Shown here piece by piece: positions 37,631-46,185 of a DNA stretch of 64,000 bases. A model generated the notes under the pieces. That model ran no database searches and had not been told where the DNA came from. It saw only the letters and a list, made by a program, of their open reading frames with translations. Source of the stretch: Candidatus Tritonobacter lacicola (GTDB taxonomy: Bacteria > Auribacterota > Tritonobacteria > Tritonobacterales > Tritonobacteraceae); NCBI GenBank assembly GCA_030765135.1, contig JAVCDC010000082.1, forward strand, positions 4,351 through 68,350, in the 5' to 3' direction. Position 1 is the first letter of the stretch. Each line of letters starts with the position of its first letter. Both the position numbers and the translations under genes were made by a program.

Positions 37631-38026
37631 ATGAAGCACTTTATAAGGAAAGGAAAGATGCCGGCGGATAAGATCATCGACAAGAGAATAGCCTATCATC
37701 TCAAGAAAGAGGTCCCGAATATATCCGTTCGGCCGGATAAGGAATTCGACTACTCCCTGCAGGGGTTATACGAGCGCGCCCCGGATTACCTCGTTGTCAA
37801 TCACATTTATGGATGGAGGTTCGCCGCGAAGAATAAGAAAAATGACTACCCGGTTCTTCATGAATTTTATTCCACTTTGCTGAATAATGCCGACGATAGA
37901 TACAGGAGAATAGCCGTATTTCAACCGCCGAACTTCTATATGCTCGATCCTTCAGTACCGTTTGCTGATGATCTCATCAGTGTGTACAAAAGAACTGCCG
38001 GCCCACCGCTTGCCCCTGGTCCCTAA
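37631..38026 (+). CDS. Hypothetical protein; possibly the detached C-terminal soluble domain of the preceding GT-C gene
   Basis: This frame is already open from 37562 and overlaps the end of ORF 36585-37628. It has no TM helices and no recognised motif. Confidence 0.4.
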   Translation: MKHFIRKGKMPADKIIDKRIAYHLKKEVPNISVRPDKEFDYSLQGLYERAPDYLVVNHIYGWRFAAKNKKNDYPVLHEFYSTLLNNADDRYRRIAVFQPPNFYMLDPSVPFADDLISVYKRTAGPPLAPGP

Positions 38027-38077
38027 AGACTTGTGGATTAAAACCACCTCGGGGAATGCCCCCGGGAGGAGAACATC

Positions 38078-38965
38078 TCAGCCCCGGGGATGGTACTTCT
38101 TATGGATTGATTTCAGCCTGTCTTTGTCGACGTGGGTGTAGATCTGCGTGGTGGAGATGTCCGCGTGGCCGAGAAGCTCCTGGACGACCCTGAGGTCGGC
38201 CCCGCCGCTCAGTAAATGGCTTGCGAAGGAGTGCCTCAGGCTGTGGGGTGTAATGTCTTTTTCAATACCGCTCCTCCTGGCGTGGAGCTTTACCCGCTTC
38301 CAGAGCCCCTGCCTGGTAAAAGCCCCCCCCCGGCGCGTGACGAAGAGAGAATCGGAGGCGCTTCCCTTCAACAGCGCCGGCCTGGCCGTCTCCAGATATG
38401 AGACGAGGAACCGGCGCGCGTAGTGGCCGAGGGGGACTACCCGCTCCTTCATGCCCTTCCCCCTGCATTTCACGAACCCGACCTCGAAATTGATGTCGAC
38501 GGTGGAGAGGCCGGAGACCTCGGAGACCCTGAGGCCCGAGGCGTACATCAGCTCGAGTATGGCCCTGTCCCTGAGGCCTATCGGGGATGACGTGTCGGGC
38601 GCCTTCAGCAGCTCCTCAACCTCCGCCGGAGAGAGAATGTCCGGGAGATACTTCCACAGCTTGGGGGACTCCAGAACCTCAGCGATGTCCTTCCTCACAT
38701 ACCTGTTCGCCGCGAGGAACCTGAAGAGCATCTTCAGGGCGGCAAGGTTCCTGGCTATCGACCTGGCGGAGAGGCCCCGGCGCTTCTCGCTCACCATGAA
38801 AGACATTATATCGTCCCTTCCCGCGCGCTCCAGGGAACCCCTACCCTTCTCTTTCATGAACTCCATGAACTTGCCTATGTCCCGCCTGTAAGCATCGATG
38901 GTGTTCGGGGAGGACCCCTTCTCCACGGAGAGAAAATTGAGAAACTCCTCGACGAGGATATCCAT
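38078..38965 (-). CDS. xerD: Tyrosine recombinase XerD (XerC/XerD family)
   Basis: MDILVEEFLNFLSVEKGSSPNTIDAYRRDIGKF... at the N-terminus and HSLRHSFASHLLSGGADLRVVQELLGHADISTTQIYTHV at the C-terminus. The ATG at 38965 shares one nucleotide with the upstream TGA. The track's longer N-terminus is Arg/Pro-rich and lies inside the MBL gene. Confidence 0.85.
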   Translation of the reverse strand: MDILVEEFLNFLSVEKGSSPNTIDAYRRDIGKFMEFMKEKGRGSLERAGRDDIMSFMVSEKRRGLSARSIARNLAALKMLFRFLAANRYVRKDIAEVLESPKLWKYLPDILSPAEVEELLKAPDTSSPIGLRDRAILELMYASGLRVSEVSGLSTVDINFEVGFVKCRGKGMKERVVPLGHYARRFLVSYLETARPALLKGSASDSLFVTRRGGAFTRQGLWKRVKLHARRSGIEKDITPHSLRHSFASHLLSGGADLRVVQELLGHADISTTQIYTHVDKDRLKSIHKKYHPRG

Positions 38966-39606
38966 CACATTCTCACGAAGGCGTTCCCCGACTTCTCGCT
39001 GCCGATTGTCGAATTCTCGCCGTGGCCGGGGAGGACAACGGTGTCGTCGGGGAGAGAGTAGAGCTTTTCCCGGATGCTTCTCTCCAGTTCCCGCATGGAG
39101 CCGCCCGGAAAGTCCGTCCGCCCGATGCCGCCCGCGAAGAGGGTATCGCCCGTGAAAAGTATCCGCCCCTCCCTCCAGTAGAGGCATACCCCCCCCTCCG
39201 TGTGGCCGGGCGTGTGGATCACCTCGAGCCTGATATCGCCGACCCAGAAGGTATCACCGTGCTCCAACGTGACATCCGGAGGAGGAGACGGGATAACCCT
39301 TACACCCATAAGCGACAGTAAGTCACTGCCGGACTGCATAAGGGTGGAATCCAGCCCGTGGGCGACGATCTCCAGGCCGAATTCATTCTTCAGGTCGGCG
39401 TTGGCGCTAACGTGATCGGGATGGCCGTGCGTATTGATTATGTATAATGGCCTCACACCGGCATCCCTCACGGCGGCGGCTATCTCATCCGCGTCGTCCC
39501 CCGGATCGATGACGGCGGCCTCCCCCGTCTTCCCGCAGCCTATCAGGTAGCAGTTTACCGCGAGCGGCCCGACAACAATTCTCTTAATAAAGTCTTCTTT
39601 ATCCAC
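38965..39606 (-). CDS. MBL-fold metallo-hydrolase (glyoxalase II-like)
   Basis: INTHGHPDHV (H-x-H-x-D-H), HTPGHTEG and VLPGHG motifs are present. Confidence 0.85.
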   Translation of the reverse strand: MDKEDFIKRIVVGPLAVNCYLIGCGKTGEAAVIDPGDDADEIAAAVRDAGVRPLYIINTHGHPDHVSANADLKNEFGLEIVAHGLDSTLMQSGSDLLSLMGVRVIPSPPPDVTLEHGDTFWVGDIRLEVIHTPGHTEGGVCLYWREGRILFTGDTLFAGGIGRTDFPGGSMRELERSIREKLYSLPDDTVVLPGHGENSTIGSEKSGNAFVRM

Positions 39607-39661
39607 GAATTACACGAATTTCCACGAATTTCATTTTAAAAGATCGCTTACGTACAAAACC

Positions 39662-39686
39662 TTGTCCCACCCCGGAGGTGGGACAA
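39662..39686. repeat. REP hairpin (TTGTCCCACC-CCGGA-GGTGGGACAA) next to the RAYT gene
   Basis: It has a perfect 10-bp stem. The same core recurs at 46134-46170 and in degenerate form at 40411-40453. Confidence 0.7.
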
Positions 39687-39704
39687 TAGGTGGAAAAGCA
39701 AAGG

Positions 39705-40373
39705 TTAGTCAATAAGCAAAGCCTTTATTTTTGCCAATTCTCTCTGATAAGAAATCCCATCGAGCACAAAATCCCTGTAGGAATTTGGCTCGATCTTTAA
39801 GATATCTGCGTATTTACAAATTCTATCACTATCTTCAACTTCACCTATATACTCTCGATAGGAGGATGCTAACCAATCTTCCGGTTTACTGACCAGGGAC
39901 GCAGTTACGGGATTCAGATGAATGTACCTTGTTAAGTGAAGCAATTGCTCATCGGTTTTAACAAGCACATTTTTAAACCTTCCCTCCCATAAAGGCCCCT
40001 TCCTCTTATGCTTTATATTGAAATAACGAGCATAGCTATTAAGAATATTCCTCATCAAAATAGTAATCCCCGTATCCTTTAACTGAGTAAGGATCAGATG
40101 CAAATGAGTAGGCATAATGCAATAAGCTATTATTTCAACGAGTTTGCTTCTATTACATGAAACCGTCGTACCGGAAAAGTTTTTATCGGATCTTTTTAAT
40201 CGCGCAAATCCGGAAAACTTAACAGGGGGTTTCTCCCGCTGATAATAGCGAATAGTTGCTACTATTCTGGAAAAATCAGTCTCATGTTTAAATATCTTGA
40301 ACCTTGAAATACTTTTATTGAAAACGTGATAAACCTGGCCATTCACCAACGGAGTTTTTCTTTTATACACCAT
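39705..40373 (-). CDS. REP-associated tyrosine transposase (RAYT; IS200/IS605 Y1 HUH family, COG1943)
   Basis: The HUH motif is in IIAYCIMPTHLHLILTQL, followed by KGPLWEGRFK and the catalytic-Tyr region LTRYIHLNPV. REP-like hairpins lie on both sides. Confidence 0.8.
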   Translation of the reverse strand: MVYKRKTPLVNGQVYHVFNKSISRFKIFKHETDFSRIVATIRYYQREKPPVKFSGFARLKRSDKNFSGTTVSCNRSKLVEIIAYCIMPTHLHLILTQLKDTGITILMRNILNSYARYFNIKHKRKGPLWEGRFKNVLVKTDEQLLHLTRYIHLNPVTASLVSKPEDWLASSYREYIGEVEDSDRICKYADILKIEPNSYRDFVLDGISYQRELAKIKALLID

Positions 40374-40410
40374 AGCCCTATTTTCCAGTTTTTAAAATCT
40401 CTTTACAACC

Positions 40411-40453
40411 CTGTCCCATTTTAACCGGTTCCACCTACGAGGTGGGGTTGGTT
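40411..40453. repeat. Degenerate REP copy (CTGTCCCA...AACCGGTT-CCACC-TACGA-GGTGG-GGTTGGTT)
   Basis: It shares the (C)TGTCCCA and CCACC-N5-GGTGG core with the REPs at 39662 and 46134, in the same orientation. Confidence 0.5.
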
Positions 40454-40474
40454 AAAAGGCAGGGGGGGTAAAAG

Positions 40475-42469
40475 TTATGGGTTTAGGAGTTTTTTGAATT
40501 CCTGTTCGTTTATTGTCTTAACGCCCAGCTTTTCGGCCCTTTCGTATTTCGAGCCCGGGTCCTTCCCGACGACGACGACGTCCGTCTTCCTGCCGACGCT
40601 GCCGGAGACACTGCCTCCCCTCGATTCAATGAGTTCGGCCGCCTCCGTTCTCGTGAAATCCTCCAGTCCCCCCGTCAGAACGAAAGTTTGTCCCGCAAGG
40701 TCACCGGCAAGCCTGCCGGCCTTCATATTGACGCCGGCGGCTTTCAGCTTCTTTACGACCTTGATATTTTCTTTGTTGCCGAAGAAGGAGGCCACGCTAC
40801 CGGCCATGACGGGCCCTATCTCGTGTGTCTTCTCCATATCCGCCGGGCGCGCATTCATCAAGTCGTCAACGCTGCAATGCCTGTCGGCGAGGACCCTTGC
40901 GGCGTAAGATCCCACGTTCCTGATGCCCAGCGCGAAGACCAACCGCCGGAGGGGTCTTTTCCTGCTCTCTTCTATGGCCCTTATTAAATTACGTGCGGAC
41001 TTTTCGCCCATCCTATCCAGTGCCGCCACGCCTCCTTCCTTCAGGCTGTAGAGATCACCGTAGTCCTTGACGAGGCCCGTGCGGACAAGCTGGTCGACGA
41101 GCTCCGACCCCAGTCCCTCGATGTCCATCGCCCCCCTCGAAGCAAAATGTTTTACCCGCGCCTTAACCTGTGCCGGGCAGGCGACGTTCTCGCAGCGAAC
41201 CGCCACCTCGCTCTCATGCCTGGCGGCCGGACTCCCGCATACGGGGCAGCGATCCGGCATGACAAAGCACCTCTCCCTCCCCGTGCGCTTGCTCGTGACC
41301 GGACCGACAACCTTGGGGATGACGTCGCCGCCCTTCTCTATAACGACGGTGTCTCCGATCCTGATATCCTTCCGGCTCACCTCATCCTCGTTGTGGAGCG
41401 TGGCCCTGCCGACCGTCGAGCCGTCCACGAAGACGGGATCGAGCACAGCCACGGGAGTGAGGCTTCCCTGTCTCCCCACCTGGACTATTATATCCCTGAT
41501 CCTCGTCGTGGCCTGCCGGGCGGCGAACTTATAGGCGATTGCCCAGCGCGGCGCCTTCGAGGTGGCCCCCAGGAGCTTCTGCTGATCGAGCGAGTTGACC
41601 TTGGCAACTATCCCATCAACCTCGAAAGCGAGGCCATCCCTCTTCTTCTCCCAATTGCCGCATACTTTCGATACATCGTCGATCGACGGGCACAGGATGA
41701 GCGGGTTGCTGATCCTCAGGCCGAAGCCCTTCAATTTATGAAGGGCTTCGTAATGGGTCTTCACACCCAGCTCTCCTATCTGGCCGATGCTGTGAATGAA
41801 TATATTGAGCCGCCTCTTCGCCGCTATGGAAGGGTCCAGAAGCTTCAGAGAGCCGGCCGTTGCGTTCCGCGGGTTGGCAAAGGGCTCTTCACCGCTCTTC
41901 TCCCTCTCCCTGTTCACCTTCTTGAATGATTCCCTGTCCATGTAGATCTCTCCGCGGATATCCATGACTGGCGGGATGCTTTTGCCCCTGAGCGTCAATG
42001 GAACGGCCCTGATGGTCCTGACGTTATGCGTGATATCGTCTCCCCTCCTGCCGTCTCCCCGGGTAGCGGCGACGGTCAGCTTGCCTTCCTCGTATCTCAG
42101 AGAGACGGCGACTCCGTCGATCTTGAGGTCCACCACATACTCGTAATCCCGTCCCTTGAGATTTTTTTCGACCCGCCCGTCGAACTCCTCGATCTCATCC
42201 CTGGAGTAGGTGTTATCCAGCGATAGCATGGGGATCTCATGCGTCACCACCCGGAAGCCCGCCACGGGCTCGCCCCCCACCCTCCGGGTGGGCGAGTCCC
42301 GGGTAACCAGGCCGGGAAACTCCCCCTCAAGCTCGAGCAGCTCCTTCATGAGCTCGTCGAACTCACGGTCGGATATTTCAGGCCTGTTCTCGACGTAGTA
42401 CAGGTAGTTGTGGCGCGCAATTTCGCTTTTAAGAGCCTGTATCCGCCTGACGGCTTTCGCCCTTTTCAT
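40475..42469 (-). CDS. ligA: NAD-dependent DNA ligase
   Basis: IQALKSEIARHNYLYYVENRPEISDREFDELMKEL, the adenylation motif VDLKIDGVA, the zinc finger CPVCGS...C...C and a BRCT tail (FVLTGGLEDFTRTEAAELIESRGGSVSGSV) are present. The ATG at 42469 gives an ATGA overlap with the vanZ-like stop. Confidence 0.95.
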   Translation of the reverse strand: MKRAKAVRRIQALKSEIARHNYLYYVENRPEISDREFDELMKELLELEGEFPGLVTRDSPTRRVGGEPVAGFRVVTHEIPMLSLDNTYSRDEIEEFDGRVEKNLKGRDYEYVVDLKIDGVAVSLRYEEGKLTVAATRGDGRRGDDITHNVRTIRAVPLTLRGKSIPPVMDIRGEIYMDRESFKKVNREREKSGEEPFANPRNATAGSLKLLDPSIAAKRRLNIFIHSIGQIGELGVKTHYEALHKLKGFGLRISNPLILCPSIDDVSKVCGNWEKKRDGLAFEVDGIVAKVNSLDQQKLLGATSKAPRWAIAYKFAARQATTRIRDIIVQVGRQGSLTPVAVLDPVFVDGSTVGRATLHNEDEVSRKDIRIGDTVVIEKGGDVIPKVVGPVTSKRTGRERCFVMPDRCPVCGSPAARHESEVAVRCENVACPAQVKARVKHFASRGAMDIEGLGSELVDQLVRTGLVKDYGDLYSLKEGGVAALDRMGEKSARNLIRAIEESRKRPLRRLVFALGIRNVGSYAARVLADRHCSVDDLMNARPADMEKTHEIGPVMAGSVASFFGNKENIKVVKKLKAAGVNMKAGRLAGDLAGQTFVLTGGLEDFTRTEAAELIESRGGSVSGSVGRKTDVVVVGKDPGSKYERAEKLGVKTINEQEFKKLLNP

Positions 42470-42825
42470 CGGGCAACCACTCTTCCCGCGATTATCACGA
42501 TCTGGGCGAAAGCGGCCCCGAGCGTATCGGCGCACAGGTCCGCCACCGACGCCACCCTGTCCGGGACGAAGCTCTGGTGGAACTCATCCGTCACCCCGTA
42601 AGCGGCCGCTATGAGAACGGCCAGGATAGCTGCGCAACGGGCTCCACCCATCGCCCTGTGGAGAAGCGCACCCAGGACAAAGTACTGGATAAAATGACCG
42701 AGCTTGTCCTGGTGGGGAAAAAGCTCGAACGGGACGACCGGCCCCGGTTGGGAGGAGAGGGCAAAGATCACAGCCGCCCATGCGCCGACCGCCAGCCACG
42801 CCCTTGTCTTCCAGTCCATCGCCAT
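42466..42825 (-). CDS. VanZ-like family membrane protein
   Basis: WAAVIFALSSQPG...HQDKLGHFIQYFVLGALL...YGVTDEFHQSFVPDRVASVADL matches the VanZ pattern. Confidence 0.75.
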   Translation of the reverse strand: MAMDWKTRAWLAVGAWAAVIFALSSQPGPVVPFELFPHQDKLGHFIQYFVLGALLHRAMGGARCAAILAVLIAAAYGVTDEFHQSFVPDRVASVADLCADTLGAAFAQIVIIAGRVVAR

Positions 42826-43547
42826 CAGTGTCCGAACAGGAGCCTGTCGCCGAGGGCATGCGGCAGGCCCGCCTGGATGATCTTTTCCCTGGCGGTCTCG
42901 ACATCGTATTCAACGAAGCGATAGGAGACCGTCCGGCCCGTCGAGTCGTAAATTAAATACCGTGAGCGGGGATCCCCGTCACGGGGCTGGCCTACGCTTC
43001 CAACATTAACGATATGCTTCCCGTCTTCGAGCACCATCACATGCTCCCCGTCAGGAACGGTGTAAGACTCCCGACCGAAGACGACAGGCGAGTGCGAGTG
43101 ACCTATGAAACAGATAGACTCCTCCATGAAATCGAAGCACCGGGAAGCGGCCCTGGCCGTTAGCACGTAGTCCCACCCGGAGGGGTCCACAAGGCTTGAG
43201 TGGACCAGGACAGCGCCGTCAATACGCCCGACCAGCGGCAGCCCCTCCAGATATTTCACCTCTTCATCTCCTATGTGCCCACCCGTCCATATAATGGCCC
43301 GCCGCGCATTGATGTTGAAATAATTTATATCGGTCCGCCCTACTGTTGCATCGTCGTGATTGCCAAGAAGAACCACCTCGGGCTCCATGCTTTTCAACAT
43401 CGAGACGCATTCGGACGGATTGGCCCCGTAGCCGACGATATCCCCCAGGCAGACGACAGCATCGACACGCTCCTTCGCAATGGATATTTTAACGGCTTCA
43501 AGGGCCTCGATGTTACTGTGCAGATCGCTGATTATCGCGTATTTCAT
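42825..43547 (-). CDS. Metallophosphoesterase (calcineurin-like, YfcE/MJ0936-type)
   Basis: YAIISDLHSN, CLGDIVGYG, LLGNHD and IGHSH motifs are present. Confidence 0.8.
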   Translation of the reverse strand: MKYAIISDLHSNIEALEAVKISIAKERVDAVVCLGDIVGYGANPSECVSMLKSMEPEVVLLGNHDDATVGRTDINYFNINARRAIIWTGGHIGDEEVKYLEGLPLVGRIDGAVLVHSSLVDPSGWDYVLTARAASRCFDFMEESICFIGHSHSPVVFGRESYTVPDGEHVMVLEDGKHIVNVGSVGQPRDGDPRSRYLIYDSTGRTVSYRFVEYDVETAREKIIQAGLPHALGDRLLFGH

Positions 43548-43602
43548 AGCATGAAAAATAACAGGGCGGCGGCGGCCAAGCTAGAATTCGAAGCCCGCAT
43601 TT

Positions 43603-43639
43603 CCCCGCCTCCCCGGCGTGATACCGGCGGGGAGGCGGG
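43603..43639 (-). other. GC-rich hairpin immediately 3' of tRNA-Pro (possible terminator or processing structure)
   Basis: CCCCGCCTCCCCGG-N7-CCGGCGGGGAGGCGGG forms an imperfect stem of about 13 bp. There is no clear U tract on the minus strand. Confidence 0.3.
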
Positions 43640-43647
43640 CGTAATAA

Positions 43648-43726
43648 TGGTCGGAGCGGTGGGATTTGAACCCACGGCCTCAGCGTCCCGAACGCTGCGC
43701 GCTAAACCGGACTGCGCCACGCTCCG
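43648..43726 (-). tRNA. tRNA-Pro (anticodon CGG), CCA encoded
   Basis: The reverse complement folds by hand as a cloverleaf. The acceptor is CGGAGCG/CGCTCCG, the D-stem GCGC/GCGC and the anticodon stem CAGCG/CGCTG. The anticodon loop is TTCGGGA, the T-arm is GTGGG-TTCAAAT-CCCAC, and the discriminator A is followed by CCA. Confidence 0.85.
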
Positions 43727-43870
43727 ATCTATTAATTATCGATTTATGTTACTGAACTCCTAGTTGCCTCAAATACCCTAACTGCCCCCTCTTCGCTCTC
43801 GCTCATCGGGATCTAAGAATTTCATGATATTTAGAGTCGCTGCGCTCCCTAAATATCTGAATTTCTAAGA

Positions 43871-43902
43871 CGGACTGCGCCACGCTCCGATCTATTAATT
43901 AT
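43871..43902. repeat. 32-bp perfect direct duplicate of the tRNA-Pro 5' end plus upstream flank (first copy at 43708-43739)
   Basis: CGGACTGCGCCACGCTCCGATCTATTAATTAT occurs at both positions, separated by 131 bp. Confidence 0.8.
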
Positions 43903-43924
43903 ACCAGATAATCCAATGCCCCCT

Positions 43925-44605
43925 CTATTTTTTCCGTTTTCCCCCGGCCATTACCTTTTTGTGAATCCAGACATAACAGACTACGATAACGGTACAAGCC
44001 AGGAGGATCCAGACCATGTTCTGCCCGAGCATTGCCTTTCCCTGGTGCACTATATCCGCGTAGCTCATCTCCGTTGTTTTTCCGCCCATGTAGTATCCCA
44101 GAGCGATAAGCACCAGGATCCATATTCCCGCCCCAAGGGCCGTAAAAATGCTGAACCGGTCGAGCTTCATTCTGGAAATGCCCGCGGGCAGGGAAATCAA
44201 CTGACGGATGGCGGGGATCAGCCTGGAAACGAAAGTTGCAACTTCTCCGTACTCCCGGAAAATCTCTTCCGCACGCTCCAGCTTGTCCTCAGAGAGGAAG
44301 AAATACCTTCCGTACTTGTGAAGAAAAGGCCTGCCAAGCTTCAACGCGAGAAAGTAGTTAAAATAAGCCCCGGCCATGGAGCCCGCGAGCCCGCAGGCGA
44401 AGGCCACGACAAGGGCCGGGATCTCCGAGCCGGGGAAGAATTCAGAACGGGCGGCCCAGAAACCGGCGGGAATCATTATCACCTCACTCGGAAAAGGGAT
44501 CAGCGAGGATTCCACGGCCATGAAGAAGAACACCAGGAATGGGCCCCACCAAGTGACCATAAAGGAGGAGAGGGTCTCGAAAAACGGAATAAGGTACTCT
44601 GTCAT
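43925..44605 (-). CDS. DedA-family membrane protein
   Basis: FFMAVESSLIPFPSEVIMIPAGFWAA and YGEVATFVSRLIPAIRQLISLPAGISRM are DedA / SNARE-associated signature regions. Confidence 0.85.
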   Translation of the reverse strand: MTEYLIPFFETLSSFMVTWWGPFLVFFFMAVESSLIPFPSEVIMIPAGFWAARSEFFPGSEIPALVVAFACGLAGSMAGAYFNYFLALKLGRPFLHKYGRYFFLSEDKLERAEEIFREYGEVATFVSRLIPAIRQLISLPAGISRMKLDRFSIFTALGAGIWILVLIALGYYMGGKTTEMSYADIVHQGKAMLGQNMVWILLACTVIVVCYVWIHKKVMAGGKRKK

Positions 44606-44700
44606 TTATATTTCCTCGCTATCTCCGGGTGGACTCCCAGCCCACCCTTTTCTGTACTTCCCGCCCAGCCGACTCATAGAATCCGCCGCTTTGCCGGGAA

Positions 44701-45354
44701 CTAGCGACCCTGTCCTTTCCAGCCGTGCTTCCCCACCAGGGGGACGAAGACGCATCCGCAGACCGTCCTCTTGTCGCAACGCTTCCCCCGTCTCGTGAAG
44801 ACCATGAGCGTCTGGGAGAACGAGCCCCCGACAGGTATGACCAGTCTTCCCCCATCGGCGAGCTGATCCATAAGGGGCGGCGGAGCTTCGGGAGCGCCGG
44901 CGGTAACAATTATGCCGTCGTAGGGCGCGTGCTCGGGCCATCCCTCCGTACCGTCGCCGACCTTTACGTGGACGTTGGGGTACACATCGAGCAGCGGGGA
45001 TGCCCGCATTGCGAGGCTCTCGTGCCTCTCGACCGTGTACACCTCCCGCGCCAGCACGGCCAGAATCGCCGCCTGGTACCCCGAACCGGTCCCTATCTCC
45101 AGCACGCGCTCGCCGCCCGTGAGCTCAAGGCACTGGGTCATGAGAGCCACCATGTACGGCTGCGATATTGTCTGCCCCGAGCCTATCGGCAGGGGGTGAT
45201 CGGCGTATGCCCCTGATCTCATGTCCGGGGGGACGAATTCGTGACGCGGTACCGCTCTGAACGCCTCGAGCACCCGCTCGTTACGGATGTCGCGGGCCAT
45301 AAGCTGACGGGCGACCATATCCTCCCGCTCACGGCGCCACCTATCCCCGGTCAC
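44701..45354 (-). CDS. pcm: Protein-L-isoaspartate O-methyltransferase
   Basis: VLEAFRAVPRHEFVP, PLPIGSGQTISQPYMVALMTQ and VLEIGTGSGYQAAILA are present. I chose the GTG at 45354 because AGGAGG lies 7 nt upstream. The alternative ATG is at 45318, and the track ORF extends to 45405. Confidence 0.9.
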   Translation of the reverse strand: MTGDRWRREREDMVARQLMARDIRNERVLEAFRAVPRHEFVPPDMRSGAYADHPLPIGSGQTISQPYMVALMTQCLELTGGERVLEIGTGSGYQAAILAVLAREVYTVERHESLAMRASPLLDVYPNVHVKVGDGTEGWPEHAPYDGIIVTAGAPEAPPPLMDQLADGGRLVIPVGGSFSQTLMVFTRRGKRCDKRTVCGCVFVPLVGKHGWKGQGR

Positions 45355-46018
45355 GGAATTTCCTCCTGCTCGCCAGGACAAGCTTGAAAAACCTAATCGT
45401 GTCAATGAGGGGATTGATCTTGCTCTTCTCTCCGCCGTAGATGGTCGACACCCTGACCGAATCGATTTTCCAACCCTTTCTGCCGGCCGTCATCAACATC
45501 TCCGACTCGGTCTCGAACCTCCCCGTCACCAGATCCATAGTCCTCAAGACGGCGGAGCGAATGAACCTGAATCCGCACTGGCTGTCGGGAATTTTCTGGC
45601 GCGCTATCCCGGAAACCACCATTGAAGTGAACCTGTTGGTCAGGTAGCGCACAATCGGCATTTTGCCCGTGTCTTCCATCCTGTTTCCGACAATAATGCC
45701 GGCGTCCGTCCGTTCGGCCGTTTCCAGGAAAGCGTCGATGTCATCCGGGTCGTGCTGGCCGTCGCCGTCCATCACCAGCACACCGTCGTAACCCCCGTTT
45801 AGCACGTAACTAAAACCGGTTTTCAGGGCCGAGCCCTTGCCCCTGTTCCCGGGATGGGTAATCACCACAGCCCCCGCCCGGCGGGCCTCCTCCCCCGTCT
45901 TGTCGGAAGAGCCGTCATCGACAACAATGACGGAATCCACCTTTCTCAGGGCAGCCTTGACCACATTATAAATGGTCGTCTCCTCGTTATACGCCGGTAT
46001 AAGAACGCAGACATTCAT
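45341..46018 (-). CDS. Glycosyltransferase family 2 (polyprenol-phosphate glycosyltransferase / DPM1-like)
   Basis: VCVLIPAYNEETTIYNVV...VIVVDDGSSDKTGEEARRAGAVVITHPGNRGKGSALKTGF...MDGDGQHDP is present. Confidence 0.85.
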   Translation of the reverse strand: MNVCVLIPAYNEETTIYNVVKAALRKVDSVIVVDDGSSDKTGEEARRAGAVVITHPGNRGKGSALKTGFSYVLNGGYDGVLVMDGDGQHDPDDIDAFLETAERTDAGIIVGNRMEDTGKMPIVRYLTNRFTSMVVSGIARQKIPDSQCGFRFIRSAVLRTMDLVTGRFETESEMLMTAGRKGWKIDSVRVSTIYGGEKSKINPLIDTIRFFKLVLASRRKFRDRG

Positions 46019-46133
46019 CGCACATTACAGGGAAAAAAGGTAAAGAACGGAATATCAGGGAATATCAAGAAAAAATATTCATGAAAGAATCTATTGATTA
46101 ACTCGTATTCCCTGATCTTCCCTGAAGTCACAG

Positions 46134-46170
46134 CCAACCTTGTCCCACCTCCGGGGTGGGACAAGGTTGG
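46134..46170. repeat. REP hairpin (CCAACCTTGTCCCACC-TCCGG-GGTGGGACAAGGTTGG)
   Basis: It has a perfect 16-bp stem with the same core as the RAYT-flanking REP at 39662. It is embedded between TTCCCTGA-type stutter repeats. Confidence 0.7.
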
Positions 46171-46185
46171 GGACTGCATTCCCTG

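Noticed and set aside
38323-38331. Homopolymer tracts as phase-variation switches: C9 in xerD, and C8/G7-8 runs in rpmA, obg and other genes.
   Set aside because: All are in frame within conserved Gly-rich segments of essential genes. There is no evidence of variability from a single sequence.
38966-39187. N-terminal extensions of the track ORFs for xerD (74 aa), ligA (to 42535), the kinase (to 16639), GT4 (to 13424), argS (to 57149) and pcm (to 45405).
   Set aside because: The extensions overlap the upstream genes, are compositionally aberrant, and are absent from the conserved N-termini of these families. Internal starts give ATGA or TGATG coupling, or a good RBS.
38078-43902. A possible integrative island, defined by a tyrosine recombinase near tRNA-Pro with a partial tRNA repeat.
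   Set aside because: The recombinase has XerD-type N- and C-terminal motifs. The intervening genes are housekeeping (ligA, MBL hydrolase, phosphoesterase). The repeat involves the tRNA 5' end and brackets only 131 bp.
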